DNA of 64,000 nt from Aureliella sp. (GTDB lineage: Bacteria > Planctomycetota > Planctomycetia > Pirellulales > Pirellulaceae). The first letter of the stretch is position 1. Each line of letters begins with the position of its first letter. The translations under genes and the position numbers were made by a program. The stretch lies in the NCBI GenBank assembly GCA_963691875.1, contig OY829846.1, positions 1,888,001 to 1,952,000 on the forward strand, written 5' to 3'. Shown here in pieces: positions 30,798-40,339 of this stretch. Below the pieces are notes generated by a model. It searched no databases and was not told the origin of the DNA. It saw only the letters and a list, made by a program, of their open reading frames with translations.

Positions 30798-32486
30798 TCA
30801 CTCAAGAGGAAGCCGAAATGCCGCGGCTTCCTGGTAGTTTCGGACCACGAGCACATTTCCGGCAAGGGCGAGGTGATTCCAAGTCTTTCCATCCAGAGCT
30901 TGAAACTTGCCGAGAACCTTATGCTTCTCCGGATCGGCTCGCACCAAAACGATTTCGCCAGACTCTGCAAGCAAAAGGATCTTGTCTCCAACCAACAACA
31001 GCTGACCATGGCCATAGCGTCCTCGCTTCCAAAGTCGCTCTCCGGTATTCAGATCCAAACAAGTCATAATGCCGCTGTCGAGCCCATAGATCGCACCTTC
31101 GTGAACGACAAAGTTTGACATTTTGGAACGAAGGCGAATACTCTTCCACTCAGTCTCTACTTCCCAACACTCCGGTCCAAAGGATGGATTCCTTTTAGCG
31201 TCTGCAGTCGCGTTTCCCTTCAGGCTTATCTTCAAGCTGACGATGCCTTTCCCATAGCCAGACGAAATCAGCATTCTGGACTGACTTGGATTCTCCGTTG
31301 GCAGGACCACTGGCTGCGCCACGTTTACTCGCTGCAATTCGCCTTGAGTAACCCAGGGGGTCAACCATTGCTCTTGCCCCGTCGCCGCGTCGTAAGTCCT
31401 TAGACCAGCTCCGTTGAAACTCAGTAAGAGCTGCTGCCCAATAACGCTTGATAACATCGGTGAAGCATAGGCCCCTCGATCCGAGCCGCTGCGCCAGAGC
31501 TCCTCGCCTGAAAAGCTATCGAAGGCGATCAGCGCTGAGTTCTCGCCGCCAGGTGTGACGAAGACCTTCCCTTCGTAGACCAAAGGAGACCCCGACATTC
31601 CCCACAGTAGATTGTCTCGTTCCGGGTCAGCAAGACACTCTTTCTTCCACAACAACTGACCGTCTGCCAGGTCACAGCACGTCAGCAGCCCATCGGCCCC
31701 CATCGAGTAGACTCGTGAGTCTGCGATAGCTGGGGTCGAGCGAGGTCCGTCACCATGCTCGTCCTCGAAGCGACGCGGCTGTTGACTAACCCATAGTTCT
31801 TCGCCGGTTTCCAAGTGGTAGCACACGACGCACTCAAACGCACCTCTCTGCTCTAGGTCGATCGCAAGCTTACCTTGAACAGCAAAGCTGGACCAGCCGA
31901 TACCTACAGGATGACGCCACAAGAGCTGCGGCTGAATGGTATCCCAAACTGCGAGTGACGTCTCAGGGATAGCACCGTCGCGACTAGGCCCCAGAAAGCC
32001 TGGAAAATCAGCTGCTGAAGGTTGCTGTAGTTCGGACAATTCGACTTCGGCTGTACGGGACTCAGCCTTGCGACTGACGAAGTAGTCTTTCACTCGTTCC
32101 TCAGCACTCGGTGTCCAAGACCAGGCGAGTTTCGGCACCATGTTTCCATAGAAGCTCTCGACCCGGACTAGCTTCGCGCCTATGCAAAAAATAACCAAGC
32201 TGCCTAAGCTGACCATCAAAACTGTTTGAATGCGGGAGCGGAAGTAAGCGATCGTCACAGTCGCTAATACCGCCAGTACTCCAATCAGAGCGAGCCAAGG
32301 TCTCAGGCCATCTAGTCCAAGATAAAACGCCTGAGTGTCGATGCTTCGCATAATGTTGACTACCGTCACAATCAGTGACAGAGCAAATCCAAGTCCCACT
32401 GGCAACGCAAACAAAACCCAAGGAGAACACTTCTCGATCTCAGGCAATGAATTGGCTTCAGGTCTTGTTGTTTGATCAGCTGACAT
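30798..32486 (-). CDS. Membrane-anchored PQQ-binding-like beta-propeller protein
   Basis: N-terminal TM helices; FPGFLGPSRDG, GPRSTP, WGMSGSPLV, AYASP, WKRGRYGHG, GKTWNH. Confidence 0.9.
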   Translation of the reverse strand: MSADQTTRPEANSLPEIEKCSPWVLFALPVGLGFALSLIVTVVNIMRSIDTQAFYLGLDGLRPWLALIGVLAVLATVTIAYFRSRIQTVLMVSLGSLVIFCIGAKLVRVESFYGNMVPKLAWSWTPSAEERVKDYFVSRKAESRTAEVELSELQQPSAADFPGFLGPSRDGAIPETSLAVWDTIQPQLLWRHPVGIGWSSFAVQGKLAIDLEQRGAFECVVCYHLETGEELWVSQQPRRFEDEHGDGPRSTPAIADSRVYSMGADGLLTCCDLADGQLLWKKECLADPERDNLLWGMSGSPLVYEGKVFVTPGGENSALIAFDSFSGEELWRSGSDRGAYASPMLSSVIGQQLLLSFNGAGLRTYDAATGQEQWLTPWVTQGELQRVNVAQPVVLPTENPSQSRMLISSGYGKGIVSLKISLKGNATADAKRNPSFGPECWEVETEWKSIRLRSKMSNFVVHEGAIYGLDSGIMTCLDLNTGERLWKRGRYGHGQLLLVGDKILLLAESGEIVLVRADPEKHKVLGKFQALDGKTWNHLALAGNVLVVRNYQEAAAFRLPLE

Positions 32487-32876
32487 ATATGCAGGCGCTG
32501 GCGGTTTTTTGGGTTACCGTTTGAGAGCCTAGTCGGCAGTGGCTCCTGAAGTAAGTTTAGGATGCCAATGTGTCAGTCGTGAGTTAAGACGCGAAGCGAC
32601 TACTGCAGCAAGCCTGAAGCAAGCTTAAAAGTGGCGGATCGATCCATTTATTCCAATTGCATCGTGAGCCAGACACAAGTCACCGACGTCGTTGCATTGC
32701 AGGGTCGAGATCGGGTTATAGGGATTGTTCCACCCGACTCTATGCGCCCTTCCGCAATTATGCTGAAAAAGCCCCTTTCAGTGGCAAGTACTTTTGCGGC
32801 ACCCTACGTTTAAATAGACAGAGTTCCATCGCACGGACCGAGTCTTTTGTTTGAAGGTGCCCCGGAGAGAATCAAA

Positions 32877-33050
32877 ATGAGTAGAGCAATTCGCCGTTTC
32901 ATTGAGGACGAATCAGGACCAACAGCTGTAGAATATGCTGTCATGCTTGCCTTGATCGTTGGCGTTTGCATCGGCTCGGTCACTCTTCTTTCCTATGGCA
33001 CTCGTGACAGCTTCGACAGCTCAGCCAACGCCATCTCAGCGGCACTGTAA
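32877..33050 (+). CDS. flp: Flp/Fap type IVb pilin
   Basis: MSRAIRRFIEDESGPTAVEYAVMLALIV; GGAGAG upstream of the ATG. Confidence 0.9.
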   Translation: MSRAIRRFIEDESGPTAVEYAVMLALIVGVCIGSVTLLSYGTRDSFDSSANAISAAL

Positions 33051-33118
33051 TTTCGATCCGCAGCCTAACGCGACAGGTAGCTTAGCGGCGAAAACGAGCA
33101 GAACACTCGAAAACAACT

Positions 33119-33155
33119 AAAAAAGGCACTCCGATTTGGAGTGCCTTGTTCTTTT
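33119..33155. terminator. Bidirectional intrinsic terminator
   Basis: aaggcactcc-gattt-ggagtgcctt stem with an A-run before and a T-rich tail after, between convergent genes. Confidence 0.85.
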
Positions 33156-33180
33156 AGCGTTTGCAGTTGGATTTAGCCGA

Positions 33181-36100
33181 CTAACTGTTCCAGTTCTCGT
33201 TGACTGATGGAGCGAGTTCGTCCAACAAGAGATCTAGATCATCGTCTTCGCTATCATCAGCGAGAACATCCGTCAGTGGAGAAGGGCCGTAGACAGTCGA
33301 GGTGTTTCGAGCGCTGATACGCCCGTCCTCGTCTTTCTCAATCAAGACTTCAACGACGTCGCGATCTACAGTGTCACCTGTGATCGGAGCACTCAGGGCC
33401 GACAAGTCGATGAAAGCTGCTTCACCTTCACCGCTGGCTCGGTTTCCTGCCTGCCTATTCAACTCATTGATCACCATCAATGGATCAATCGGGGTAGCCT
33501 CAGTATCTCCACTCACATCATAGGCGAATTGAGGACGGCCCATGTCTTCGCCGGCAGCCAGGTCATTTAGCCAACGAATTCCCAATAGGACATCAAGGGC
33601 GGTGACGAAACCATCCAAATTCACATCGAAGCGATTGAATGGATTCTGCCAGTGTTCGCCTTCTCCGCCGCCACCACCTGGTGCAACGATTGCAACAGTG
33701 TCGAATCCGTAGCCAATTCGGTCAAACGGCACAGCTGTCGGTGGTTCAAAGGTCAAAGTATCGTGCAGAGGAGTGATATCAGCTGGATCCGCAATGAACT
33801 CAGCAGTACCAATGTTGTTCGCCGTCATCGTGATCACAAAGAGCAACTGTTCACCAAGTCCAAGAGGCTGATTGCCATTCTCGATTTGGACAGCTCCGAT
33901 TTCGTTGATGACGCCATCAGTACGGATATCACCTTCACGGACTCGCTGGTAGTTTGGTCCAAACTGAACTTCAAACCCTAGATCAGGATCATTGGTCTGG
34001 CTTGCTACCGGACTAACCAAGCCTCTGTTGTAGAGGACATCTTCGTAGGCTGCGAAAACACCGCGATCAAGCCCGAAGCCTCGCAAGTCTTCAACAAAAC
34101 CACGAACCTGGAACTGACTTCCTAGTTCCACTTGATCGATGGGTTGACCATTAACGTCCGTAACTGCAATTCGTAGTGCGACAATATCGTCGGCTGCCGC
34201 GTCGCCTACATCAACTGTAACCGTCGCTGACGCCCTTCGTTGCGCCGCATCTACAATCGTGTAAACGAATTGATCCGTACCTTCAAAACCGGCGGTTGGA
34301 GTGTAGAGAATTCTATCGCCGTCAACACGCGTCGTGCCGAAGGAACCGTTGGTGACACTGTCAATTGAGATAGTGCCAGTGGAACCGGGCAAATCATTGT
34401 CCAGTACGTTGATCGGGAATGACGCCGAATTCAACGGAACGTTGCCAATTGGCGAATCGTCAACGGCTACTGGGAATTCGACCCCGTCTCCAACGATTTC
34501 CAGCGACGCTCCGACATAGCGAATTCGCTCGATCGGTACAGCACTGCCAGGTGTATCAAACAACAGCGTATCAGAGTTGGGGAAGTTGTCTGCTGGATTT
34601 GGAATAAAGTCGGCGATACCAGGAGATTGAGCTGTAAAGTTCACCGTAGCAAAGAGCAAAGGATCACTCTCTGACATGGTTGGCCGGCTACTGAATGCTC
34701 CAAACTCGTTGATGATTCCAGGAATAGTCGCATCACCCGTCTGTCCATTCACATAGTCATTGAAGAATGATGTCTGGAAGTTGAATGCAGCGTTTGGATC
34801 CGTATTTGGCACGGTCCCCACTAGCTGCAAGCTGTAAAGCAAGTCGGTGTATACCGCAAATACGCCAGCAGCGACACCAGGACTTGCAGCCGAGAACCGC
34901 AAGTCATCAACATACATTTGTATCTGGAATTCTTCACCCTGCTGAATGGCAGAAATCGGGTTGCCCGATAGGTCGACAGTACGCAACTCAATCAAAACCT
35001 GATCATTTGCGTCTGCGTCAGGCTTCACCGTCAAGTTGATAGTTGCGGATGCTGTATTTCCGGCTGGATCTGCAACCGTGTAGACGGCAGACTCCATGTC
35101 GCCAGAACCATTCTGCGGTGTATAGCTAAGGGACTTCCCGCCACTAGCAATGGTCAGTTGCCCACCCTTGTCCGGTTGAGTCACAGAAACAATGGTTAAA
35201 GCACCAGCGACGCCTTCAATATCATTGGCCAAGACGTTCAAAGGCACGTTAATCGCATTACGCGTAACGTTGAAACTATCATCGACAGCAACTGGTTCAT
35301 CAAGTTGAAGCTTCACGGTGATAATGACATTGCCCTGAGATGTTTGTCCTCGCGAATTCGCTACTGTGTAGGTAAAACTATCCTGACCGACAAACCCGCT
35401 CGGAGGTGTATAGAGAATCGTTTGGCCGTCGGCCGAAATCTGCAACACGCCACCTGCAGCGGAAACACCTGGGTCAAGTATTTCAAGCTGTTCGCCTGGA
35501 AGCTCGAAGTCGTTCGTCAGTACATCCAGCACATTGAGCGTGGAATTCCTGGCAACCTCGAATTGGTCGTCAACAGCCAAGTCAGATGAGTCAGTCACGC
35601 TGAAGACGTGATCTTCTACTTCACCTGCAGCCAATAGTCCGGTCGGAGCAACGCCAGTCTCGTTTGATAGACGGAATCGAGCAATGGTATCGCCGAGTTG
35701 TGCGTTGCCAGGCGCGGTGAAGGTGACATTTGTTGTACCTGTCGTTACCGGGACGTTCGAGATTGCTCGCTCAAAGTCCTCAAACACACCGTTGTGATTG
35801 AAGTCAAACCAACCAGTGACAAATGCAGTCTCGCCTGTGCTGTTCACAGCTGTGATTGCAACGCTGTTGCTGGTACTACCAGCAACCAATGGGCTCGTCA
35901 GCAAAACGCCGTCTTCGTCATCAATGACAGCGCCGGTACCATCGAGAGGGCCAGTGGCATCATCGCCCAAAGCGTTGTCAGAGAAGGCCGAACCTTGCTC
36001 GCTGTCCCACTCAGCACCCAAAATCAACCCGCTTACGAATCCGTGCGATGCTTCACCATAGCTAACTGGTGCATCGCCGTAGTCAACGGTCAAAAGGTTA

Positions 36101-38181
36101 CCAAAATCCAAGCCAGTCGTGCGAGTAGCATCTAATGCAGGATCACCGGTCAGCACGATCGTGTGCTCATCGTCAGCTGCTGGTCCAGGGTAGGTCTGAA
36201 CGAAGCCAGTCTGTAAGACTTCACGAATGGTGTAGGTGCCTGCACCTGGGAAATGCAGGGTGTATGTTCCATCTGCCGCTGTTTGAGTAGCTGGCTCCCC
36301 AAGATCAATTCGGTTGTCGCCATCCTGGTCTATGTAAATCCAAACACCTTCGATTGGTGGCTCATAGATATCGCGAACGCCGTTTCCATTCACGTCATTC
36401 CACTTGCGGCCAGTGACCTGTGAGTTTGCAGTCGCGTTGCCAAAGTTGACACCACCTGACGTCTGATTGGCGGTGGCCGTCACGGTGACCGACTCGGCCG
36501 TAGTCAATCGATAGCTCGCTGGAACGATCTCGCGAATGGTATAGGTACCTGGAGCTACGACAAGCTGGTAGGATCCATCGGAAGCACTTACGGTCGAAAT
36601 TTCACCAGCATCCAAACCGCCATTGTTATTCAAGTCAGCATATACCGTGACGTTGCCTAAGCCGCGATCAACGGAATCGAGCAAACCATTCGCGTTGACG
36701 TCATCAAATACTTGCCCCGAAATCACACCTCCGTTGGCCTGACCATTTGACAAGGCCCAACCGATCCAGTTAACCGTGTCATTCACGCCGCCCTGGACGA
36801 ACGCCCCTTCGGCCGTGAACTCATCCACGTTGAAGAGAAGCGGCACGTCATCCACGTTTCCAAAGATGCCGTCAGGCCCCGCCCCAGACGAAACGATCGG
36901 ATCGTAAAATTGATCCATGAGCCCAACCGGTGCGAACGCATTGTTGGTCGGATCTTGGTGGCGGCCGCCAAAGAAGTGTCCCGACTCATGGGCAATAACC
37001 ATCGACATGAGTTCGGCTACGACGTCCACCGGCCGAGCAAATGGATCGATGGGGATAGACGCGAAACTTGCTTGAAGCACGTCGTGGAACACAAGAGCCG
37101 TTTCCTCAGGGGCAAAGTTTCCGGCATCCACCGACTCCGCTATACCAAGAACTCCCTCAAAACTGTCATCCTGGAAGAACTCCAGCGCATTGCCCCCAAT
37201 GACGACACGAGACACATTTGGCAGCCCCCATGGATCCGGATGATCCTTTGAGTTGCGGATCTCGATTCCGTAGTTTGGATTGGTAGTCTTTGTTCCAAGG
37301 TCATCGTATTTGGCTTGAAGACGGGTAACGACCTCATCAATGAACCGCTCGTAGTCAGCATCCTGAATCCCGTATCCAGCAAGAGCATTCCGGGTTGATG
37401 GAATGCGTCCAGTCCCGGGGATTGGTATGAATAGGGATCTCGGGATGAATGCGCCATCAAAATCCAAAAATAGAATTTGCTGGTTCCCTGCGTCTTGCGT
37501 CTCGAGGGCCGCGCGGTATTTGCGTAGTTCCAAGCTGTAGGGGCCGCCCGCATCGCTGACTCGGATGTAGTAACGTCCGCTCTCTGGCACGATGTAATGG
37601 AGAACAAGGTCATCAGGCCCAAGAAGGTCAGCGGCATTCCCGCGCAGAGGAGAGCCCTGTGGCGAAGCAGGTGGACCAACCAACCCTGGGGACGCAATCA
37701 ACTCTTTACCGCTCAAATTGTGCATCGACATGATCGGAACGGTAGCGGACGTCGTTGGTACGAACCGTGAATCAAGAATATCACCGGCTTGTAAATCAAA
37801 CGCAAACCAATCAGCGTCGAAAGCACCGACGGTGTTGCTACCGGCAATGTTGACACCGAAGTTATCAGCCAGAGGAACTACTTGGGCGATGTTTATCGAG
37901 TTATTTGGCTCAACCTCAGCAATATTGACCAGATCATTCGAACCGCCTTCACCACCGTTGCTAGTGCCATGATCTCCGTACTTCGAGACAATCGCGGCGA
38001 TAGACTGGTTTGCCACCTCTTCGTTGGAGAAAAGAACTTGCTCTCGCAAGATTCCTTCCAAATCCGACGCGAGCATTTCTCGCTTTTCTAAAGTCTCAAC
38101 ACTGCGAATTCTCTGCTTCAGAGTTTTCATTGTGAGATCATTGCGGGAGTTAGACCGTCGAACAGACTTGCGTGACTTCAC
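33181..38181 (-). CDS. Large extracellular multidomain protein: planctomycete N-terminal motif, PPC, metzincin, SdrD-B x2, GEVED, tandem-95/Ig x3, cohesin-like x2, dockerin
   Basis: VETLEKREMLA; EVEPNNS; HESGHFFGGRH...LMD; SGQVFDDVNANG and GRKWNDVNGNG; DYGDAP...GEVEDH; AVDD repeats; DVNLDGFVTALDVL...DVSGDTEATPIDPLMVINELN. GAGGA lies upstream of the GTG. Confidence 0.9.
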   Translation of the reverse strand: MKSRKSVRRSNSRNDLTMKTLKQRIRSVETLEKREMLASDLEGILREQVLFSNEEVANQSIAAIVSKYGDHGTSNGGEGGSNDLVNIAEVEPNNSINIAQVVPLADNFGVNIAGSNTVGAFDADWFAFDLQAGDILDSRFVPTTSATVPIMSMHNLSGKELIASPGLVGPPASPQGSPLRGNAADLLGPDDLVLHYIVPESGRYYIRVSDAGGPYSLELRKYRAALETQDAGNQQILFLDFDGAFIPRSLFIPIPGTGRIPSTRNALAGYGIQDADYERFIDEVVTRLQAKYDDLGTKTTNPNYGIEIRNSKDHPDPWGLPNVSRVVIGGNALEFFQDDSFEGVLGIAESVDAGNFAPEETALVFHDVLQASFASIPIDPFARPVDVVAELMSMVIAHESGHFFGGRHQDPTNNAFAPVGLMDQFYDPIVSSGAGPDGIFGNVDDVPLLFNVDEFTAEGAFVQGGVNDTVNWIGWALSNGQANGGVISGQVFDDVNANGLLDSVDRGLGNVTVYADLNNNGGLDAGEISTVSASDGSYQLVVAPGTYTIREIVPASYRLTTAESVTVTATANQTSGGVNFGNATANSQVTGRKWNDVNGNGVRDIYEPPIEGVWIYIDQDGDNRIDLGEPATQTAADGTYTLHFPGAGTYTIREVLQTGFVQTYPGPAADDEHTIVLTGDPALDATRTTGLDFGNLLTVDYGDAPVSYGEASHGFVSGLILGAEWDSEQGSAFSDNALGDDATGPLDGTGAVIDDEDGVLLTSPLVAGSTSNSVAITAVNSTGETAFVTGWFDFNHNGVFEDFERAISNVPVTTGTTNVTFTAPGNAQLGDTIARFRLSNETGVAPTGLLAAGEVEDHVFSVTDSSDLAVDDQFEVARNSTLNVLDVLTNDFELPGEQLEILDPGVSAAGGVLQISADGQTILYTPPSGFVGQDSFTYTVANSRGQTSQGNVIITVKLQLDEPVAVDDSFNVTRNAINVPLNVLANDIEGVAGALTIVSVTQPDKGGQLTIASGGKSLSYTPQNGSGDMESAVYTVADPAGNTASATINLTVKPDADANDQVLIELRTVDLSGNPISAIQQGEEFQIQMYVDDLRFSAASPGVAAGVFAVYTDLLYSLQLVGTVPNTDPNAAFNFQTSFFNDYVNGQTGDATIPGIINEFGAFSSRPTMSESDPLLFATVNFTAQSPGIADFIPNPADNFPNSDTLLFDTPGSAVPIERIRYVGASLEIVGDGVEFPVAVDDSPIGNVPLNSASFPINVLDNDLPGSTGTISIDSVTNGSFGTTRVDGDRILYTPTAGFEGTDQFVYTIVDAAQRRASATVTVDVGDAAADDIVALRIAVTDVNGQPIDQVELGSQFQVRGFVEDLRGFGLDRGVFAAYEDVLYNRGLVSPVASQTNDPDLGFEVQFGPNYQRVREGDIRTDGVINEIGAVQIENGNQPLGLGEQLLFVITMTANNIGTAEFIADPADITPLHDTLTFEPPTAVPFDRIGYGFDTVAIVAPGGGGGEGEHWQNPFNRFDVNLDGFVTALDVLLGIRWLNDLAAGEDMGRPQFAYDVSGDTEATPIDPLMVINELNRQAGNRASGEGEAAFIDLSALSAPITGDTVDRDVVEVLIEKDEDGRISARNTSTVYGPSPLTDVLADDSEDDDLDLLLDELAPSVNENWNS

Positions 38182-39128
38182 TTTGGTACGTCCTCAATCG
38201 AGCAATTGCCGAGACTTAAGTTCGGTTGGATTGTTCTAGCTGCGGGGAATTCGGAGATTACCTAAGACTGGTAAAATAAGTACTTTCGCACGATTAACCC
38301 GCGCAAACATCGAAAAGCATCGCCATGATAAGATGCGAAATTTAGGTAAAAAGCAGTCTCGATTCTAATTCCGCTCTTCACCGTGTCAACGAACCGCAAT
38401 GGACCTCTGATGACTGTTACCTTACTCAAGTTCCTGATAGGTCCCATTTTTTAGGATTGCAACGATCCGCAAGGAAATCCGGGCAATATAGAAAGGCTAG
38501 CGAAATACAACTAACGCCCTTGAGCCACCACGGACGGCGCGAAAACCAATATTTCCAGAGCTCCTAAGGCCCAATTGGCCCTACCCGCGAAAAATACGCA
38601 AGACAAAAAAGGTTACCACATCAATTTTCTCTAGTCCCCCAAACGCCGAAAAATCAGAATCGCCAACCCCATCCTCAAGGCAATTCGAAAGCCCGAGGTG
38701 GGATTCGCCAGAATTCCCTGCTGCTGAGCATCCCCGAGCGGAGCCGACTGGATGCCACTGTGCTCATGATGGTAGTGAGATATTCCCAGCATTCGAGGAA
38801 TGCTTCGGAAAACATGCCAAGCTAATTCAATAATAAGTTCCCGATCGGAGCCACCGCTCGATGCCGAGAGAACGCGGCCAGAACGGCAAGCCTGGCATCA
38901 GAGAGTTCTGCCTCAGCTCACTACGGGTCTGACTAAGGGCAATAGAGAACAAAACCGGCCGAACAATTCGACATCAATCACACAACAATCACAATCCGAC
39001 ACCACCAAGAAAACCAACAAAAAGGCGACCACACAAGAAACACGGCACCACCAAGCAGTAAAGCCGCCTGCTCAGGCCCCTCAAAGAAGGTCATTTCCAC
39101 ATCGCGAGTCAAAAAAACCCACCCAAAA

Positions 39129-39190
39129 CCACCAATATCGCCACCAATATCGCCAGCAGCATCGCAGCCAGCCGTCGCCACCAGCCCAAG
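39129..39190. repeat. Degenerate 12-bp tandem repeat (~5 units) inside an A/C-rich tract
   Basis: ccaccaatatcg ccaccaatatcg ccagcagcatcg cagccagccgtcg ccaccagcccaag. Confidence 0.7.
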
Positions 39191-39348
39191 CTTGAGCCCA
39201 AACCAGCGATCCTAGGAATTTCAACAAAAAAACGAAGTGGACACTTAGTTTTCTATAAAACTTGCCGTGCTCATTAAGTAGGCACCCCGCAGTGCCCAGC
39301 CTCTAGGCATCGGCTGCCCGCTTTTCGCCACAGCGGGGTCAATAGGCA

Positions 39349-39373
39349 TAAGTCCTTATTTTGCTAGCAGTTA
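39349..39373. promoter_or_regulatory. Spaced palindrome TAAGT-N15-AGTTA (copy 2)
   Basis: taagtccttattttgctagcagtta, about 95 bp upstream of the 39468 start. Confidence 0.35.
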
Positions 39374-39467
39374 CGGCGAGGCGTTTGCCTTGCAGTAAGG
39401 ATTGCTGCAGATCGCATTCGAGACGACGGAGGTCTCGACGATTCGATTGCAAACCAAAGAGGAAGTT

Positions 39468-40205
39468 ATGAGCTCAGATCCCACGAACCAGTTTGGGGCA
39501 AACCAATTCGGATCCCCAGGTAGTTACCCTCCCCCCAAGCCACCTGGATTCCAAAGCCGACCAGCTGCTCCCGCGCCGGCAGCCCCGAGCCCAGCCCCCG
39601 CGCCTGCGGAACCAACCTTCGGAACCACTACTGCCACTGCTCCCCCAGTTACTACAGCGCCCCTGGAGGAAGGCACCAAAGAAAAGACGCCAGAAGTGAA
39701 CTCCAAGTTGGCTGCCGACCTGAAGCAGTTTGATGAAGTCGCTGCACGTGTTCGAGCCACATGCGTCCCATCAACGGACTTTTCTCAACGCTGCCAGCAA
39801 GCCTTCGACGTCGCTAACGAGCTATTTGGAAACGCGCCGACGTGGGTCTGCTTCTACCGAGAACTACTCGGCGGCTCTGGACTCGTTCACACCATTTTCA
39901 ATAACAACACAGATCTTGGCGCCTTCCTAAGGACCGAACAGTACCATCAGATTCAACTGATGCTGACCGCGCTTCGTAGCCGCGAGATGCCTGAAAACGA
40001 TCCCAATGACCCGCAACGGATGATCACCGTTCGTCTACCCAAAAGCCTTCACGAGGCAATGTGCGAAGAAGCTGGAAGATTGAACATCAGCGTCAACCGC
40101 CTGTGCATCAGCCGGATGCTTCAGCTACTGGACCCGAAGATGATCCCGGAGACGACGTCGAAGCCCAGAGGACGCAAACCTCGAACTCGCCAGAAAACAT
40201 CCTAG
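39468..40205 (+). CDS. Hypothetical protein with Pro/Ala-rich N-terminus and C-terminal ribbon-helix-helix (HicB-like) DNA-binding domain
   Basis: GAGGA RBS before the ATG; RMITVRLPKSLHEAMCEEAGRLNISVNRLCISRM fits an RHH pattern. Confidence 0.8.
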   Translation: MSSDPTNQFGANQFGSPGSYPPPKPPGFQSRPAAPAPAAPSPAPAPAEPTFGTTTATAPPVTTAPLEEGTKEKTPEVNSKLAADLKQFDEVAARVRATCVPSTDFSQRCQQAFDVANELFGNAPTWVCFYRELLGGSGLVHTIFNNNTDLGAFLRTEQYHQIQLMLTALRSREMPENDPNDPQRMITVRLPKSLHEAMCEEAGRLNISVNRLCISRMLQLLDPKMIPETTSKPRGRKPRTRQKTS

Positions 40206-40241
40206 CTTACCAACCTTGCATCTTTGGTTTGATGTTGAAAT

Positions 40242-40278
40242 GAGCAGGCTGAGCAATGCCCGGCCTGCTCTTTCTTTC
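40242..40278 (+). terminator. Probable intrinsic terminator
   Basis: gagcaggc...gcctgctc stem followed by tttctttc. Confidence 0.6.
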
Positions 40279-40339
40279 GTGGACCAATACTGTTTTTGCT
40301 GACATTGCCCTCTGGCTCACACTTAGCTATGTAAGCAAC

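Noticed and set aside
32782..32797. TGGCAAGTACTTTTGC as a sigma-54 promoter for flp
   Set aside because: GG-to-GC spacing is 11, not the required 10
38676..38945. Fragments resembling a c-di-GMP-I riboswitch (ggcaa..gaaa..gtggga; acgggtct)
   Set aside because: The elements are out of register, the stems do not form and the CGCAAAG core is absent
39104..39121. gcgagtcaaaaaaaccca resembling my recollection of an enterobacterial ZraR site
   Set aside because: Unverified memory of the consensus, low-complexity context and no sigma-54 promoter found nearby
39129..39190. CRISPR array
   Set aside because: Contiguous 12-bp units with no spacers and no cas genes
38182..39467. Possible replication origin
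   Set aside because: No cluster of TTATCCACA-like DnaA boxes and no origin-associated genes
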